This document shows positions 52,996-62,563 of a DNA stretch of 64,000 bases, one piece after another. Positions within the stretch are counted from its first letter, which is position 1; the number at the start of each line of letters is the position of its first letter. The notes below the pieces were generated by a model. That model was not told the origin of the DNA, did no database searches, and saw only the letters and a list, made by a program, of their open reading frames with translations. The position numbers and the translations under genes were made by a program. The DNA comes from an uncultured Pseudobdellovibrionaceae bacterium. GTDB lineage: Bacteria; Bdellovibrionota; FAC87; UBA2466. The stretch lies in assembly GCA_964604555.1 (NCBI GenBank), contig CAZRZK010000012.1, forward strand, positions 7,870 through 71,869. The letters run 5' to 3'.

Positions 52996-53513
52996 GGGTT
53001 GCTCTCAAAGAAATAGGATAAACGAACTAAAGCGGTCCAGAGCTTGCCACTCGTTACGCTATTGCCCGAAAAAACACCGTGATACAAAATCCCCACACCC
53101 ACCTTTAAATTTTCATCGGCCATCACATCGACGATACCGCCAATGTGCAATCCGAAATTACTTTCTTTCCCGGTATCGGTGTTAAAAAAATAAAGCCCGG
53201 GGCCGGCTGCTACCGAGAGCAGCACATCATTCACGTCCATGAGATGAGCCTCGGCCGAAAGATAGGTGGCAAAGATCTTATTTCCATTCCCTCTGCCAGA
53301 ATGGCTGCTCCAGTGGGTGTTGAGCATGAGATCCAGGTTGGAATTCACCTTCACCCCGAGATCGGCGCCAAAACCGATGGAGTTGCTATAGGTGCGGGAG
53401 ACATCCCCTGAAAGGCCGATGTGGCCCAGCTGACCTCCCAGATAAAAGCCGTCGACGGCCCAGCAGATTTGGGTAAAATGAAATACGCTTAAGAAAACAA
53501 TGAGTTTACGCAT
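52992..53513 (-). CDS. outer-membrane beta-barrel protein (OmpA-like/OmpW-like small barrel)
   Basis: Signal peptide MRKLIVFLSVFHFTQICWA. Alternating hydrophobic strands. The C-terminal strand is LVRLSYFF. Confidence 0.7.
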   Translation of the reverse strand: MRKLIVFLSVFHFTQICWAVDGFYLGGQLGHIGLSGDVSRTYSNSIGFGADLGVKVNSNLDLMLNTHWSSHSGRGNGNKIFATYLSAEAHLMDVNDVLLSVAAGPGLYFFNTDTGKESNFGLHIGGIVDVMADENLKVGVGILYHGVFSGNSVTSGKLWTALVRLSYFFESNP

Positions 53514-53528
53514 GGGAGGATATTAACG

Positions 53529-54275
53529 TTGATTGAGAGAATCCGGCAAGCGGTCGAAACACTTCTCCCTTTAGGGGAGGAATTACGCAGGATGCAGCAC
53601 TCCCCCCTCAAAACCCGACTGAAGGGAGATGGTAGCGCCGTCAGTGAAGCCGATCTCCACGCGAATCTGGTGCTTTGTGAGTTCTTGAGCCGCTTTGCCC
53701 CCGGTGTTCCGGTTTTATCTGAAGAAGAGCCCCCATTTTCAGGGGCGGAGACCTTCATTGCCCTAGATCCGTTAGATGGCACGGAAGCTTACCTCAAAAA
53801 ACTTCCCGACTATTCGATCAATATTGCGCTGATCCATCAACAAAAGATTGAATGGGGAATTCTTTATCTTCCTACCAGTGACAAGATCTACTACGCAGAA
53901 AGGACCAAAGGGGCCTATGAATGGATGGATTCTTCTCCTGCCCTTCTCAAGACCCAGCAAAAAAGCATCCCGACCGTTTTGCTCAGTCGTCGATCCAAAG
54001 CCCATTCCAAAATCAAAAAGGCTTTTCCCGAATGCATGATTGAAGGAATTTCCGGAGCGCAAAAATTTTCGATGATCGCTGAAGGCAGGGCTCAAATCTA
54101 TTTCAGAGATCAGCCTTCTTATATCTGGGATACCGCAGCGGGCGAGATATTGGTGACCGAAGCGGGAGGAGCGATTACCCCAGCTCTCTCAACCGAATGG
54201 AATGAAAATGGGAATCCCAACTTTGTGGTGGTGAGCCACCCTTCTCTTCTTAGAGATGTTAAACAGATGCTGTAG
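53529..54275 (+). CDS. cysQ: inositol monophosphatase family protein, CysQ-like 3'(2'),5'-bisphosphate nucleotidase
   Basis: Motifs LSEEE, ALDPLDGT and YIWDTAAGEILV. TTG start. Confidence 0.7.
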   Translation: MIERIRQAVETLLPLGEELRRMQHSPLKTRLKGDGSAVSEADLHANLVLCEFLSRFAPGVPVLSEEEPPFSGAETFIALDPLDGTEAYLKKLPDYSINIALIHQQKIEWGILYLPTSDKIYYAERTKGAYEWMDSSPALLKTQQKSIPTVLLSRRSKAHSKIKKAFPECMIEGISGAQKFSMIAEGRAQIYFRDQPSYIWDTAAGEILVTEAGGAITPALSTEWNENGNPNFVVVSHPSLLRDVKQML

Positions 54276-56673
54276 CGGTCGATTCCGGCTTCGCTTCAAC
54301 ATAGCCGCAATCTTTATTGGGGCATCGCAACGAAGCGCCTTCCTTCTTCGTATATTTCTCGAGGATGAAAGGGCTTTGGCAACGCGGACAGGGTTGCTTG
54401 ATCGGTTTGTCCCAAATCGCATATTTGCAATTGGGGTATTTAGTACAGCTATAGAAATTTTTCCCGAACCGGGTCCGCTTTTGGGTCAACTCACCCTGAC
54501 TGCACTCCGGACACTTAATGCCAGTCGTGATTGGTTTCGTATTTTTGCAATCAGGATAGGTCGAACAGGCCAGGAATTTCCCGAATCGTCCCGTTTTCAC
54601 CGCCATCGGGCTGCTGCATTTCTCACACTTTTCATCGGTGGTCTGCTGAGCGACCAACTTGATTGAACCATCTTCTGCCGTCTCAAACTCACTCGTAAAT
54701 CGGCAATCGGGATAGCCTTGGCAGGCGGCAAACTTCCCGTTCTTCCCCCATTTAATAATGACCGGCTTAGCGCATTTTTGGCAGGTGAGATTAGTGACTG
54801 TCTCTTCCCGCTTCACATCCCGCATCTTTTCTTTAGCGGTGGTTAGAGTCTCTTCGAAGGGAACATAAAAATCCTTCAGGGTCTTCACCCAGCTCGCTTG
54901 CCCCTCTTCGATCTGATCCAGCTGGTTCTCCATGTTGGCGGTGAATTGGAGATCGACGATATTAGCGAAGTTTTCAATAAGAAGATCAGTTACCAACTCT
55001 CCCAATTCAGTGGGATAGAATCGGTTTTCCTTCTTCTCCGCATATTTTCGATCCTGAATGGTCGACAAGATCGTAGCGTAAGTGGAGGGACGTCCAATTC
55101 CCTTCTCTTCCAGTTCTTTAATGAGGGAACTTTCTGAATAGCGGGGAGGCGGCTGCGTAAAGTGTTTTTCGGAAAGTACCTTGAGGCACTTCACCAGACT
55201 CTTTTCGTCTAGCTCTGGAAGCTGAGTTCCAATCACTTCATCTTCTTTGCCATCTTCCTGGGCTTCTTGCCAGAGGATCAAAAACCCTTCGAACTTCAAA
55301 ATAGATCCCGTTGACCGGAAGATATACTTATCATTCTGCGGGCTCACCACATCGAAATCGATGGTGGTTTGATCAAAGACGGCCGATTCCATCTGCGAAG
55401 CCAGATAACGCTTCCAGATCAATTCATAGAGACGGAACTGATCGTAATCCAAAAAGGGTTTCACCAACTCAGGTGGAAATTGGGTTGAAGTGGGACGGAC
55501 CGCTTCGTGCGCATCCTGGGCATTTTTCTTGTTGCGGTATTCAATCGGGTTATCGGGTAGAAACTTCTTACCGTAATCCTTTTCAATCATCGCACGGGCA
55601 TCGGCCAACGCATCATTAGAAAGGCGCGTGGAATCGGTACGCATATAGGTGATCAAACCTTGCGCCCCGTGTTCGCCAAGCTCCACCCCTTCATAGAGTT
55701 GCTGAGCTAAGGTCATCGTTTTTTTCGCCGAAAAATAGAGCCGCTTGCTTGCCTCCTGCTGCATGGTGGAGGTGATAAAAGGAGGATCGGGGTTCCGTTT
55801 CCGGGCCTTTTTCTGCACCGAAAGAACGCGCCATTGCCCCTTCTCGGCACCGGCAACGATACTATTCGCCCACTCTTCGTTGTCGATATCGGTCCGCTCG
55901 ATCCGCTTCTCCCCTACCTTATAGATACGGGAGATAAAGCTCTTTCCGATGCTTTCGAGCTTCGCTTCGATTGACCAATAGGCCTTCGGCTTAAAAGCCC
56001 GAATCTCTCGCTCACGTTCGGTGAGCATCCGCACCGCGACCGATTGCACTCGGCCGGCTGAAAGCCCTCGGCGAACCTTCGTCCAAAGGATGGGAGAAAT
56101 TTTATATCCTACCAGGCGATCTAAAATACGGCGGGCTTGCTGGGATTCATAGCGATCTCGATTGAGCTCTATCGGGTGTTCAATCGCTTTGAGAACGGCC
56201 GGTTTGGTGATTTCATGAAAAAGGACCCGTTGCACCTTATGCTTTGGCAGATCCAATAGTTCCGCCACATGCCACGCAATCGCCTCTCCTTCGCGATCCG
56301 GATCCGCCGCGAGGTAAACCATATCAGCTCTTTTTGCCGCTTTGGTGAGGTCATCGATGACCTTCTGCTTCCCTTTAATCAATTCATAGGTCGGTTCAAA
56401 ATCGTTATCGACATCCACCCCGATTTTGCTTTTGGGGAGATCTTTAATGTGGCCCACACTGGCCTTCACGTCGAATTGACGCCCGAGGTATTTTTTCAGT
56501 GTTTTAGCCTTAGCGGGGGACTCAACAACAACCAGCCCCTTTACATTCCTTCCGGAGGTTTCTTCTTCTACTGAATCTGGCGTAGCTACGTCACCGCCAT
56601 CAGAGCCAATAACAGCGGTAGGCTCTTTTTTCTTTTTGGCAGTCGTGCGCTTTGTACGTGTTTTTTCAACCAT
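54259..56673 (-). CDS. topA: DNA topoisomerase I
   Basis: 804 aa. TOPRIM region LVVVESPAKAKTLKKYLG. Active-site region GLITYMRTDSTRLS. Several C-terminal C4 zinc-ribbon repeats (CQKCAKP...CQGYPDC, CEKCSSP...CSTYPDC, CPEC...CTKYPNC, CPRC...CPNKDC). Confidence 0.95.
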   Translation of the reverse strand: MVEKTRTKRTTAKKKKEPTAVIGSDGGDVATPDSVEEETSGRNVKGLVVVESPAKAKTLKKYLGRQFDVKASVGHIKDLPKSKIGVDVDNDFEPTYELIKGKQKVIDDLTKAAKRADMVYLAADPDREGEAIAWHVAELLDLPKHKVQRVLFHEITKPAVLKAIEHPIELNRDRYESQQARRILDRLVGYKISPILWTKVRRGLSAGRVQSVAVRMLTEREREIRAFKPKAYWSIEAKLESIGKSFISRIYKVGEKRIERTDIDNEEWANSIVAGAEKGQWRVLSVQKKARKRNPDPPFITSTMQQEASKRLYFSAKKTMTLAQQLYEGVELGEHGAQGLITYMRTDSTRLSNDALADARAMIEKDYGKKFLPDNPIEYRNKKNAQDAHEAVRPTSTQFPPELVKPFLDYDQFRLYELIWKRYLASQMESAVFDQTTIDFDVVSPQNDKYIFRSTGSILKFEGFLILWQEAQEDGKEDEVIGTQLPELDEKSLVKCLKVLSEKHFTQPPPRYSESSLIKELEEKGIGRPSTYATILSTIQDRKYAEKKENRFYPTELGELVTDLLIENFANIVDLQFTANMENQLDQIEEGQASWVKTLKDFYVPFEETLTTAKEKMRDVKREETVTNLTCQKCAKPVIIKWGKNGKFAACQGYPDCRFTSEFETAEDGSIKLVAQQTTDEKCEKCSSPMAVKTGRFGKFLACSTYPDCKNTKPITTGIKCPECSQGELTQKRTRFGKNFYSCTKYPNCKYAIWDKPIKQPCPRCQSPFILEKYTKKEGASLRCPNKDCGYVEAKPESTATASV

Positions 56674-56696
56674 TCTTGTATCATTCCAGAAAAACG

Positions 56697-57146
56697 TTAG
56701 TTTAAACGCGAGTAGATTGGGGTCGGCCTCTCTACTTGAAACCTGTGCTCATAGCCGAAAACGGTCAGGGCCGCAACCGTTTTTATTTCACGAATGCCGG
56801 CATCCCCTTCCAAATTCATCGCTTTATGGACGATTTCATCCTCCAAAGCATGGTCTATCACCCCTTTACATTTTAATCGCCATAAGTAGCCTCGGACCCT
56901 CGAAGGCAGTTTTCCCATCTCTTCGTGGGTATAGGACCGATAGACTGGAATGGCATCGCTCCAGAACTGTCCCGGAAGCTCCAACAGCATTTTTTCTAGG
57001 TGTCCCAGCGCCATTTCAATATCATCTTCGTCGTAACCCCGTTGCGCCAGTTCTTCCCAAATCTCCTGGGCATCGTAGAACAGATCTTTATTCTCTTCGA
57101 TCGACTGAGAAAGGTGACTCAGAATATTTAGTATTTTACCGTGCAA
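56697..57146 (-). CDS. smg: Smg (DUF494) family protein
   Basis: 149 aa and acidic. Its position between dprA and topA matches the conserved smf-smg-topA arrangement. The N-terminal region resembles DUF494 (LFYDAQEIWEELAQRGYDEDDIEMALGHLE). Confidence 0.7.
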   Translation of the reverse strand: MHGKILNILSHLSQSIEENKDLFYDAQEIWEELAQRGYDEDDIEMALGHLEKMLLELPGQFWSDAIPVYRSYTHEEMGKLPSRVRGYLWRLKCKGVIDHALEDEIVHKAMNLEGDAGIREIKTVAALTVFGYEHRFQVERPTPIYSRLN

Positions 57147-57225
57147 TTGATTTTATGTGGGTGATAATTTTATGTTCAGGAAAAAATTTTCATTTGGCAA
57201 GAAGCAGGTTGTTATTTCATGAAAA

Positions 57226-58089
57226 TTAATTTCCCACCCAAACATATTGTTGAGGTTGACTTTCGATCAAAAGCCCGCGGGCTCTTGCCTGCTCTATCTC
57301 TTGATAGATGCGGGAGAAATCCCACCCAAAATGGCTCTGGATCTTTTCCACTGTGGCGACAAAATCTTGCCGCCGAAAAAAATCGGCCCACTGCTGATCG
57401 GATTCGTTCCATTCCCGAATTTGCACTGAACTCAATCCCATCATCGGGGCCAAATCGGCCAACACCTCCTGAGGTTCTAAGATCAAACGAGCCCCCTGCT
57501 GAATTAGGGAATGGCTCCCCCTGTAAAGAGAATCATCGAAACGGCCTGGAATCACATAAACCTCTCGCCCTTGATCGGCAGCACATCGCGCGGTGATGAG
57601 TGAACCACTCTTTTCGCTCGCCTCAATGACAATCACCCCAACCGATAGACCGGAAACAATTCGATTTCGGGCCGGAAAATGGTGCGGCAAAGGGGGCGTC
57701 CCCACCGGATATTCAGAAATCAGACATCCCCGCTTTTGCAAAATCTCCTGAGCAAGCCCTCGATGAATAGCGGGATAGATCCGATCTAAACCATGCCCTA
57801 ACACCGCGATAGTATGGCCACCGACACTCAACGCCCCACGGTGGGCCGCTCCATCAATCCCGCGAGCTAGACCACTCACCACACAAAACCCTTGCTTTGC
57901 GAGCTGTGCCCCAAACCGATAACTGGCCGCCAGGCCAAACGGAGAAGGCCGTCGAGTTCCAACAATAGCAACGCAGTGGAGCTTGGGAAGCTCCCGATTC
58001 CCCATTAAATAGAGGAGCTCGGGGGCCCCTCGAGTCGCTTCTAAAGGAGTGGAACCAAGGTCTGAAAGTTTTAACGCTAACATCCCCAC
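57226..58089 (-). CDS. dprA: DNA-processing protein DprA (Smf)
   Basis: Rossmann-like DprA core: VAIVGTRRPSPFG...VVSGLARGIDGAAHRGAL...TIAVLGHGLDRIYP...IVSGLS..VIVIEA..KSGSLITAR.A.DQGREV. Confidence 0.9.
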   Translation of the reverse strand: MGMLALKLSDLGSTPLEATRGAPELLYLMGNRELPKLHCVAIVGTRRPSPFGLAASYRFGAQLAKQGFCVVSGLARGIDGAAHRGALSVGGHTIAVLGHGLDRIYPAIHRGLAQEILQKRGCLISEYPVGTPPLPHHFPARNRIVSGLSVGVIVIEASEKSGSLITARCAADQGREVYVIPGRFDDSLYRGSHSLIQQGARLILEPQEVLADLAPMMGLSSVQIREWNESDQQWADFFRRQDFVATVEKIQSHFGWDFSRIYQEIEQARARGLLIESQPQQYVWVGN

Positions 58090-58138
58090 ATTGAAGCGAG
58101 ATTAAAATAAATTTCAAGGATCAGAGGGGAGCATTTCT

Positions 58139-58189
58139 AAAAGGTAGTTTTCACAAAGGTAGGCCGTACCTTTGTGAAAACTACCTTTT
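58139..58189. repeat. perfect 23-bp-stem palindrome with a 5-nt loop, between the LysM gene and dprA
   Basis: AAAAGGTAGTTTTCACAAAGGTA-GGCCG-TACCTTTGTGAAAACTACCTTTT. The arms were verified as exact reverse complements. The right arm overlaps the LysM gene stop codon by 2 nt. Confidence 0.8.
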
Positions 58190-59369
58190 AGGGGATTTCG
58201 ATGGGATCACGGCGCTGGGGTTTGGAAGGCAACGGCACATTAAACTTCTGCGCTGCCACTAACCGATCCCCAATAGCAATGGGCTCGGTATTTCTATTAA
58301 TCATCGCGAGGCTTGAGTATTTTCCGACATAATTGACCTGAACCTCTCCTTTAAAAAAAGGTTCGACGGTGTCGGTCGATTTCGTAAAAGGATCTTCATC
58401 CTGGTAGACCCGAAAGAGATAGCCCAAGCGCATTCCCTCTTGCGAACCCTTATTCAGGAGAATTAAATCCCCTTGCCCAAAGGTTTTCCGTTCCGTTTCA
58501 TCCCCCATGATTACCTTGGCTTCAAAATCGATGGGAGGGCGCACATAGGCCTGAGTTTCGATCGGTTTCACCTGTTGAATGAGTTTATCTCCCCGCTTAA
58601 TCGCATCATACTGACGGACAATCTCGGCGCGATAGAGTCGTTCTCCCATGGCAATGATTTTCAGTTCCCCGATCACTTTGGCGATGGTTCCCTGACTTGG
58701 CATCTCATCATCCGATGCCGACTTCACATCCTCTTCCTCTCGAACGATAGTATAATTCTTGGAGATATCGGCACGCACATCTTCATAAAAATCGATATAG
58801 ATCTGATCGGGTAAGCGGAACCCTTCTTTCTCCGTATATCCACCGATAATCTCACCCACATACTCCTCTTCATCGATTAACAGCCACCGTGGAACCAATT
58901 TATTTTTTACGGTGACATTATTCACGGTTGCCTTCTCAAGATCGGTCACTTTCTCCTTGGAAAGTTTAACGAGCGGAATCCGGATCACATTTTCCACCCT
59001 GTTTTGGTAGAGATTCACCAGTGTCCCCGAATCGATCTCATGGGGATTAGTAATAGTTGGATTGGCCTCCCAGATTTTAGGCCAATATTTCGGATCCTGG
59101 GCGAGAGCTCGTGAGATGCTCCACAGAGTATCCCTTTTTTTCACTCGATAATTCCCCACTCCGGCGCTCGTGGAAGCAGGAGCGCGACTTGAATCACTGG
59201 CTCCTCCTCCAATAATCGTTCCCCATTGCTCATTATAGAGTGGCGATCGAATAGGAATGCGGGAAATCTGTTCCTCCGCCTTTTCCGGGTTGAGGCGATA
59301 TCGCTTGTTACGTTTTCCAAAAGCGGGATCCCAACAAAGCACTAAAACAAGGAGGAGTATGATTTTCAT
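58188..59369 (-). CDS. LysM domain-containing secreted protein
   Basis: Signal peptide MKIILLLVLVLCWDPAFG. LysM segment YRVKKRDTLWSISRALAQDPKYWPKIWEANPTITNPHEIDSGTLV. Confidence 0.8.
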   Translation of the reverse strand: MKIILLLVLVLCWDPAFGKRNKRYRLNPEKAEEQISRIPIRSPLYNEQWGTIIGGGASDSSRAPASTSAGVGNYRVKKRDTLWSISRALAQDPKYWPKIWEANPTITNPHEIDSGTLVNLYQNRVENVIRIPLVKLSKEKVTDLEKATVNNVTVKNKLVPRWLLIDEEEYVGEIIGGYTEKEGFRLPDQIYIDFYEDVRADISKNYTIVREEEDVKSASDDEMPSQGTIAKVIGELKIIAMGERLYRAEIVRQYDAIKRGDKLIQQVKPIETQAYVRPPIDFEAKVIMGDETERKTFGQGDLILLNKGSQEGMRLGYLFRVYQDEDPFTKSTDTVEPFFKGEVQVNYVGKYSSLAMINRNTEPIAIGDRLVAAQKFNVPLPSKPQRRDPIEIP

Positions 59370-60019
59370 GGTTTTGGCACCATTAAAGGAGGTGAATTTT
59401 TCGATTGCTCATTCAGCATCGACTCCATCGCCAATTGCGATAGAGCCGATTTCGGAAATCGTTTTACTAGACTTTGCATTGCCTCTTGAGATCGCTCTTT
59501 TTGTCCCAACTCTGCCAGGGCGACGCCTCGCCGATAAAGAGCCTCAGGAAGACGCGTGCTTTGAGGATATCGTGTTTCCAGGAGATTCGTATCGACAATG
59601 ACTAAATTATATTCCTGGTTCTGAAAGTGGCTCTCCATTAAAATCCATTGGGCCCGATCGGCTGCGGGATCCTTCGGCTTTTCGTTCAAGAACTCCCTCG
59701 CAAGCCGAATCGCTTCTCGATAGTTCCCCTGCTCCAATTTTTGAGTGGCTAAATCAAGAGGAGAGAGTTTTGCAGCCGCAACGGCCGCCTCCATTTTTTG
59801 TACCTTTTCCTCCGCCACTTCCTTCAAGTGATTGAGAGCGTCGATCTCCGCCTGGAGCTGCCGAATTTCCCGCTCATGTTGATTGAGTCGTTCAACGACA
59901 CCGAAGAGCCTATCCTCTTTGATTTCTAATTCAGGTTTTGCGATGCGATGAGTCGAGGCACACCCTGTCAGAACTAAAAAAAGGCCCAAAAGAAGTGACA
60001 GCCACACTCTAAAGTTCAT
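59366..60019 (-). CDS. coiled-coil plus TPR lipoprotein (YbgF/CpoB- or BamD-like)
   Basis: I chose the start at 60019 (MNFRVWLSLLLGLFLVLTGC lipobox). A coiled-coil segment (ERLNQHEREIRQLQAEIDALNHLKE) is followed by TPR-like repeats (GNYREAIRLAREFL..., EALYRRGVALAELGQ). Confidence 0.6.
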   Translation of the reverse strand: MNFRVWLSLLLGLFLVLTGCASTHRIAKPELEIKEDRLFGVVERLNQHEREIRQLQAEIDALNHLKEVAEEKVQKMEAAVAAAKLSPLDLATQKLEQGNYREAIRLAREFLNEKPKDPAADRAQWILMESHFQNQEYNLVIVDTNLLETRYPQSTRLPEALYRRGVALAELGQKERSQEAMQSLVKRFPKSALSQLAMESMLNEQSKNSPPLMVPKP

Positions 60020-60042
60020 GGTATTATTGTACCACTTCCCAA

Positions 60043-61098
60043 ATGCAAACTCCCAACTCAGAAGTCTCCTATGAACTGGCAGTCGACTGGACCCCACAGC
60101 AGACTTATACGCGCCTTATCAATATGGAGTCGGAAGCAGCTCAGCTCCCCTCAATTGAAAAGGAACAACTGCTACGTCAATTATGCGAAGCATCGGAAAA
60201 TGAGTTAACAGCATTAGGACGCAGCTATCGCAGCTATGCAGTTCCCACTCTCCAAAGCTACCGCAAAAAGGTCCGTTATTTCGGAGAACCGGTGGAACTC
60301 ACCCACCGCTTCTGCCATTTAAAACTCTCCCTCGCCAAAGACCCTCAACTTGGCATGGAGTTTTTTGGTTACCATCCCAATTCATTTTTCGAGCAAATCC
60401 TCCAAGACAATCTTTGGCAGGAGGAGTTACTACGCCAGGGAGATCGAACTCCAAAATGGCCCGTTCCTGAAGGTGAACTTCCCATTTATTGGAGTCCTGT
60501 AGCCCTCGCGCACCTGATTTTTCCCTTTTTGCAACTCATGGAATCGGATCGATTTAATAAAACTGGCCTTTCACTTGAAAACCGCTGGGACCTTCCATTT
60601 CAAATTTTTGAACATGCCCCTTTCGATGGAATTCAACAGGGAACACTTTTTGACGGAAAGAAGATCCAATTTCTCCTTTCCCCCGAAACAGGCCACCTTC
60701 GACAAAACTACTCCAATCAACGCCCCATTCTTTCTTGTTGGTATCCTGAAATTGATGGAACAGCGAAAATAGAAGAACCATTATCCCAACTCCCATTCGG
60801 CATTGCTATCGACAAACTGGCCATTATTGCTCTCGATCCAGAACAGATCGAACTTGAAGTCACCGAAAGCCGGTTGATCCATCATGGGAAGTGTGGCGAG
60901 CGATTGGAACCCTTCCATTTAAAAACCCATTGGTGGGAACTTTTGGCTACTTTTGAAAATTTTTCTGTGAATAAAAAATCGGTCACTTTGCTCAATCAAA
61001 AACAGGGAATCCAGATTCCAGTTCCTTGCCTTGCTCCCTCTGCCATCTCACCCAAAGTGTTCATTCCTGGGACTGTGCCCGCCAATCACTATTGGTAA
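60043..61098 (+). CDS. hypothetical protein, possibly a divergent TldD/PmbA-family C-terminal-domain protein
   Basis: 351-aa ORF with protein-like composition. There is loose by-eye similarity to the PmbA/TldD layout (ELPIYWSPVALAHLIFPFLQL...FDG...; C-terminal ...IPG). No catalytic motif was identified. Confidence 0.4.
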   Translation: MQTPNSEVSYELAVDWTPQQTYTRLINMESEAAQLPSIEKEQLLRQLCEASENELTALGRSYRSYAVPTLQSYRKKVRYFGEPVELTHRFCHLKLSLAKDPQLGMEFFGYHPNSFFEQILQDNLWQEELLRQGDRTPKWPVPEGELPIYWSPVALAHLIFPFLQLMESDRFNKTGLSLENRWDLPFQIFEHAPFDGIQQGTLFDGKKIQFLLSPETGHLRQNYSNQRPILSCWYPEIDGTAKIEEPLSQLPFGIAIDKLAIIALDPEQIELEVTESRLIHHGKCGERLEPFHLKTHWWELLATFENFSVNKKSVTLLNQKQGIQIPVPCLAPSAISPKVFIPGTVPANHYW

Positions 61099-61229
61099 AC
61101 GGTACTCCCCTTCAATATCTGGTCGGCTTTGAGCCTTAGGGACAAAAAGAATAGGATTGGTTCAATCAGTTAAATCCTAGGTAGCCGGATATCTTCCCAT
61201 CTCCCCATTCTTGAGATATAAACTCTGGC

Positions 61230-61454
61230 GTGTTCATGCTCATCGACAAAATCGATAAGGCCTTGGAAACAAAAGCGGAATGCACCCTTATCGACAAGAT
61301 GGGGAAGTATTTCCATGGCCAAGTATTGGATTCTTGGATAAGACTCTCCGGTGGGAAAATGCGGGGTAAGCTCCAATTTCGTTCCGAAGAAAAAGGGGAG
61401 ATCGAAGTGGATGCCAACGATATTTTAGATCTATTGATCGAAGGAAAAAAATGA
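61230..61454 (+). CDS. small hypothetical protein translationally coupled to ald
   Basis: 74 aa from a GTG, or 72 aa from the ATG at 61236. Composition is balanced. Its stop codon overlaps the ald start as ATGA. The competing minus-strand ORF 61166-61417 looks less protein-like. Confidence 0.4.
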   Translation: MFMLIDKIDKALETKAECTLIDKMGKYFHGQVLDSWIRLSGGKMRGKLQFRSEEKGEIEVDANDILDLLIEGKK

Positions 61455-62563
61455 TTATCGGCGTACCGAAAGAGATTAAGAACCGTGAAAACCGAGTGGG
61501 AATCGTCCCTTCAGGGGTTCGTGCCTTCGTGACTGCGGGCCATAAGGTGCTCGTCGAAAAAGGGGCCGGTCAAGGAAGTGGAATCGCCGATGCCCAATAC
61601 AGTCAAGCCGGGGCCGAGATGGTGAATGTCGATTCCGCATGGGGAGCCGATCTCGTCATTAAGGTAAAGGAACCCTTAAGCGATGAATTCAAATACATGC
61701 GCAAAGGGCAGATCCTTTTTACCTACCTTCACCTGGCAGCTGAAAAACGCCTTACTGAAGAATTGATTGAAAAACAGGTCACCTCAATCGCTTATGAAAC
61801 GATCCAGGAAGAGGACGGTTCCCTTCCCTTACTCCGTCCAATGAGCGAGGTGGCGGGCCGGATGTCGATCCAAGTCGGGGCCTATTACCTTCAAAGTAGC
61901 TGGAATTCGGAACGGGCCGGAAAAGGGGTACTCCTGGGCGGTGTCCCTGGTGTCATGCCAGGCCGAGTCACGATTATCGGCGGCGGAGTCGCCGGAAGCA
62001 ACGCGGCGATGGTGGCCTTAGGGATGGGTGCGATGGTCACAATCTTGGACTTAGATGTCCGTCGTTTGGAATACCTCGAACATGTTTATAAAGGTCGCAT
62101 TCTTTCATTGATGTCCAATATTGATAATATTGAAGAGAGTGTCGCTTCGGCCGATTTAGTCATCGGCTCGGTGTTAGTCCCCGGTGCCCGGGCGCCAAAG
62201 CTCGTCACCAAAAAAATGATTTCACAGATGAAACCGGGAGCGGTCGTCGTCGATATTGCAGTCGACCAGGGGGGTTGTGTCGAGACCTGCCGTCCCACCT
62301 CACATGAATCCCCCACCTATTTAGTGGACGATGTGGTTCACTATTGTGTCACCAATATGCCAGGGGCTGTTTCCCATACCTCCACCTATGCTCTCACCAA
62401 TTCCACTTTAAAATATGGATTGATGATCGCGGAAAAAGGGCCGGAGATGGGAGCCCGTAAGAGCAATGCCTTAATGAAAGGGTTTAATACCTATGCCGGT
62501 AAAGTGGTCCATCCGGCAGTGGCCATTGCTCACAATCTCTCCCATGAAAGCTTGAAGTTTTAA
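61451..62563 (+). CDS. ald: alanine dehydrogenase
   Basis: MIIGVPKEIKNRENRVGIVPSGV start. NAD-binding region VTIIGGGVAGSNAA. C-terminal motif HYCVTNMPGAV. Confidence 0.95.
   Translation: MIIGVPKEIKNRENRVGIVPSGVRAFVTAGHKVLVEKGAGQGSGIADAQYSQAGAEMVNVDSAWGADLVIKVKEPLSDEFKYMRKGQILFTYLHLAAEKRLTEELIEKQVTSIAYETIQEEDGSLPLLRPMSEVAGRMSIQVGAYYLQSSWNSERAGKGVLLGGVPGVMPGRVTIIGGGVAGSNAAMVALGMGAMVTILDLDVRRLEYLEHVYKGRILSLMSNIDNIEESVASADLVIGSVLVPGARAPKLVTKKMISQMKPGAVVVDIAVDQGGCVETCRPTSHESPTYLVDDVVHYCVTNMPGAVSHTSTYALTNSTLKYGLMIAEKGPEMGARKSNALMKGFNTYAGKVVHPAVAIAHNLSHESLKF

Noticed and set aside
61166-61417. 83-aa and 68-aa minus-strand ORFs upstream of ald.
   Set aside because: They overlap the plus-strand small ORF that is translationally coupled to ald. 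Their products are Ser/Pro/Trp-rich and lack a plausible start context.
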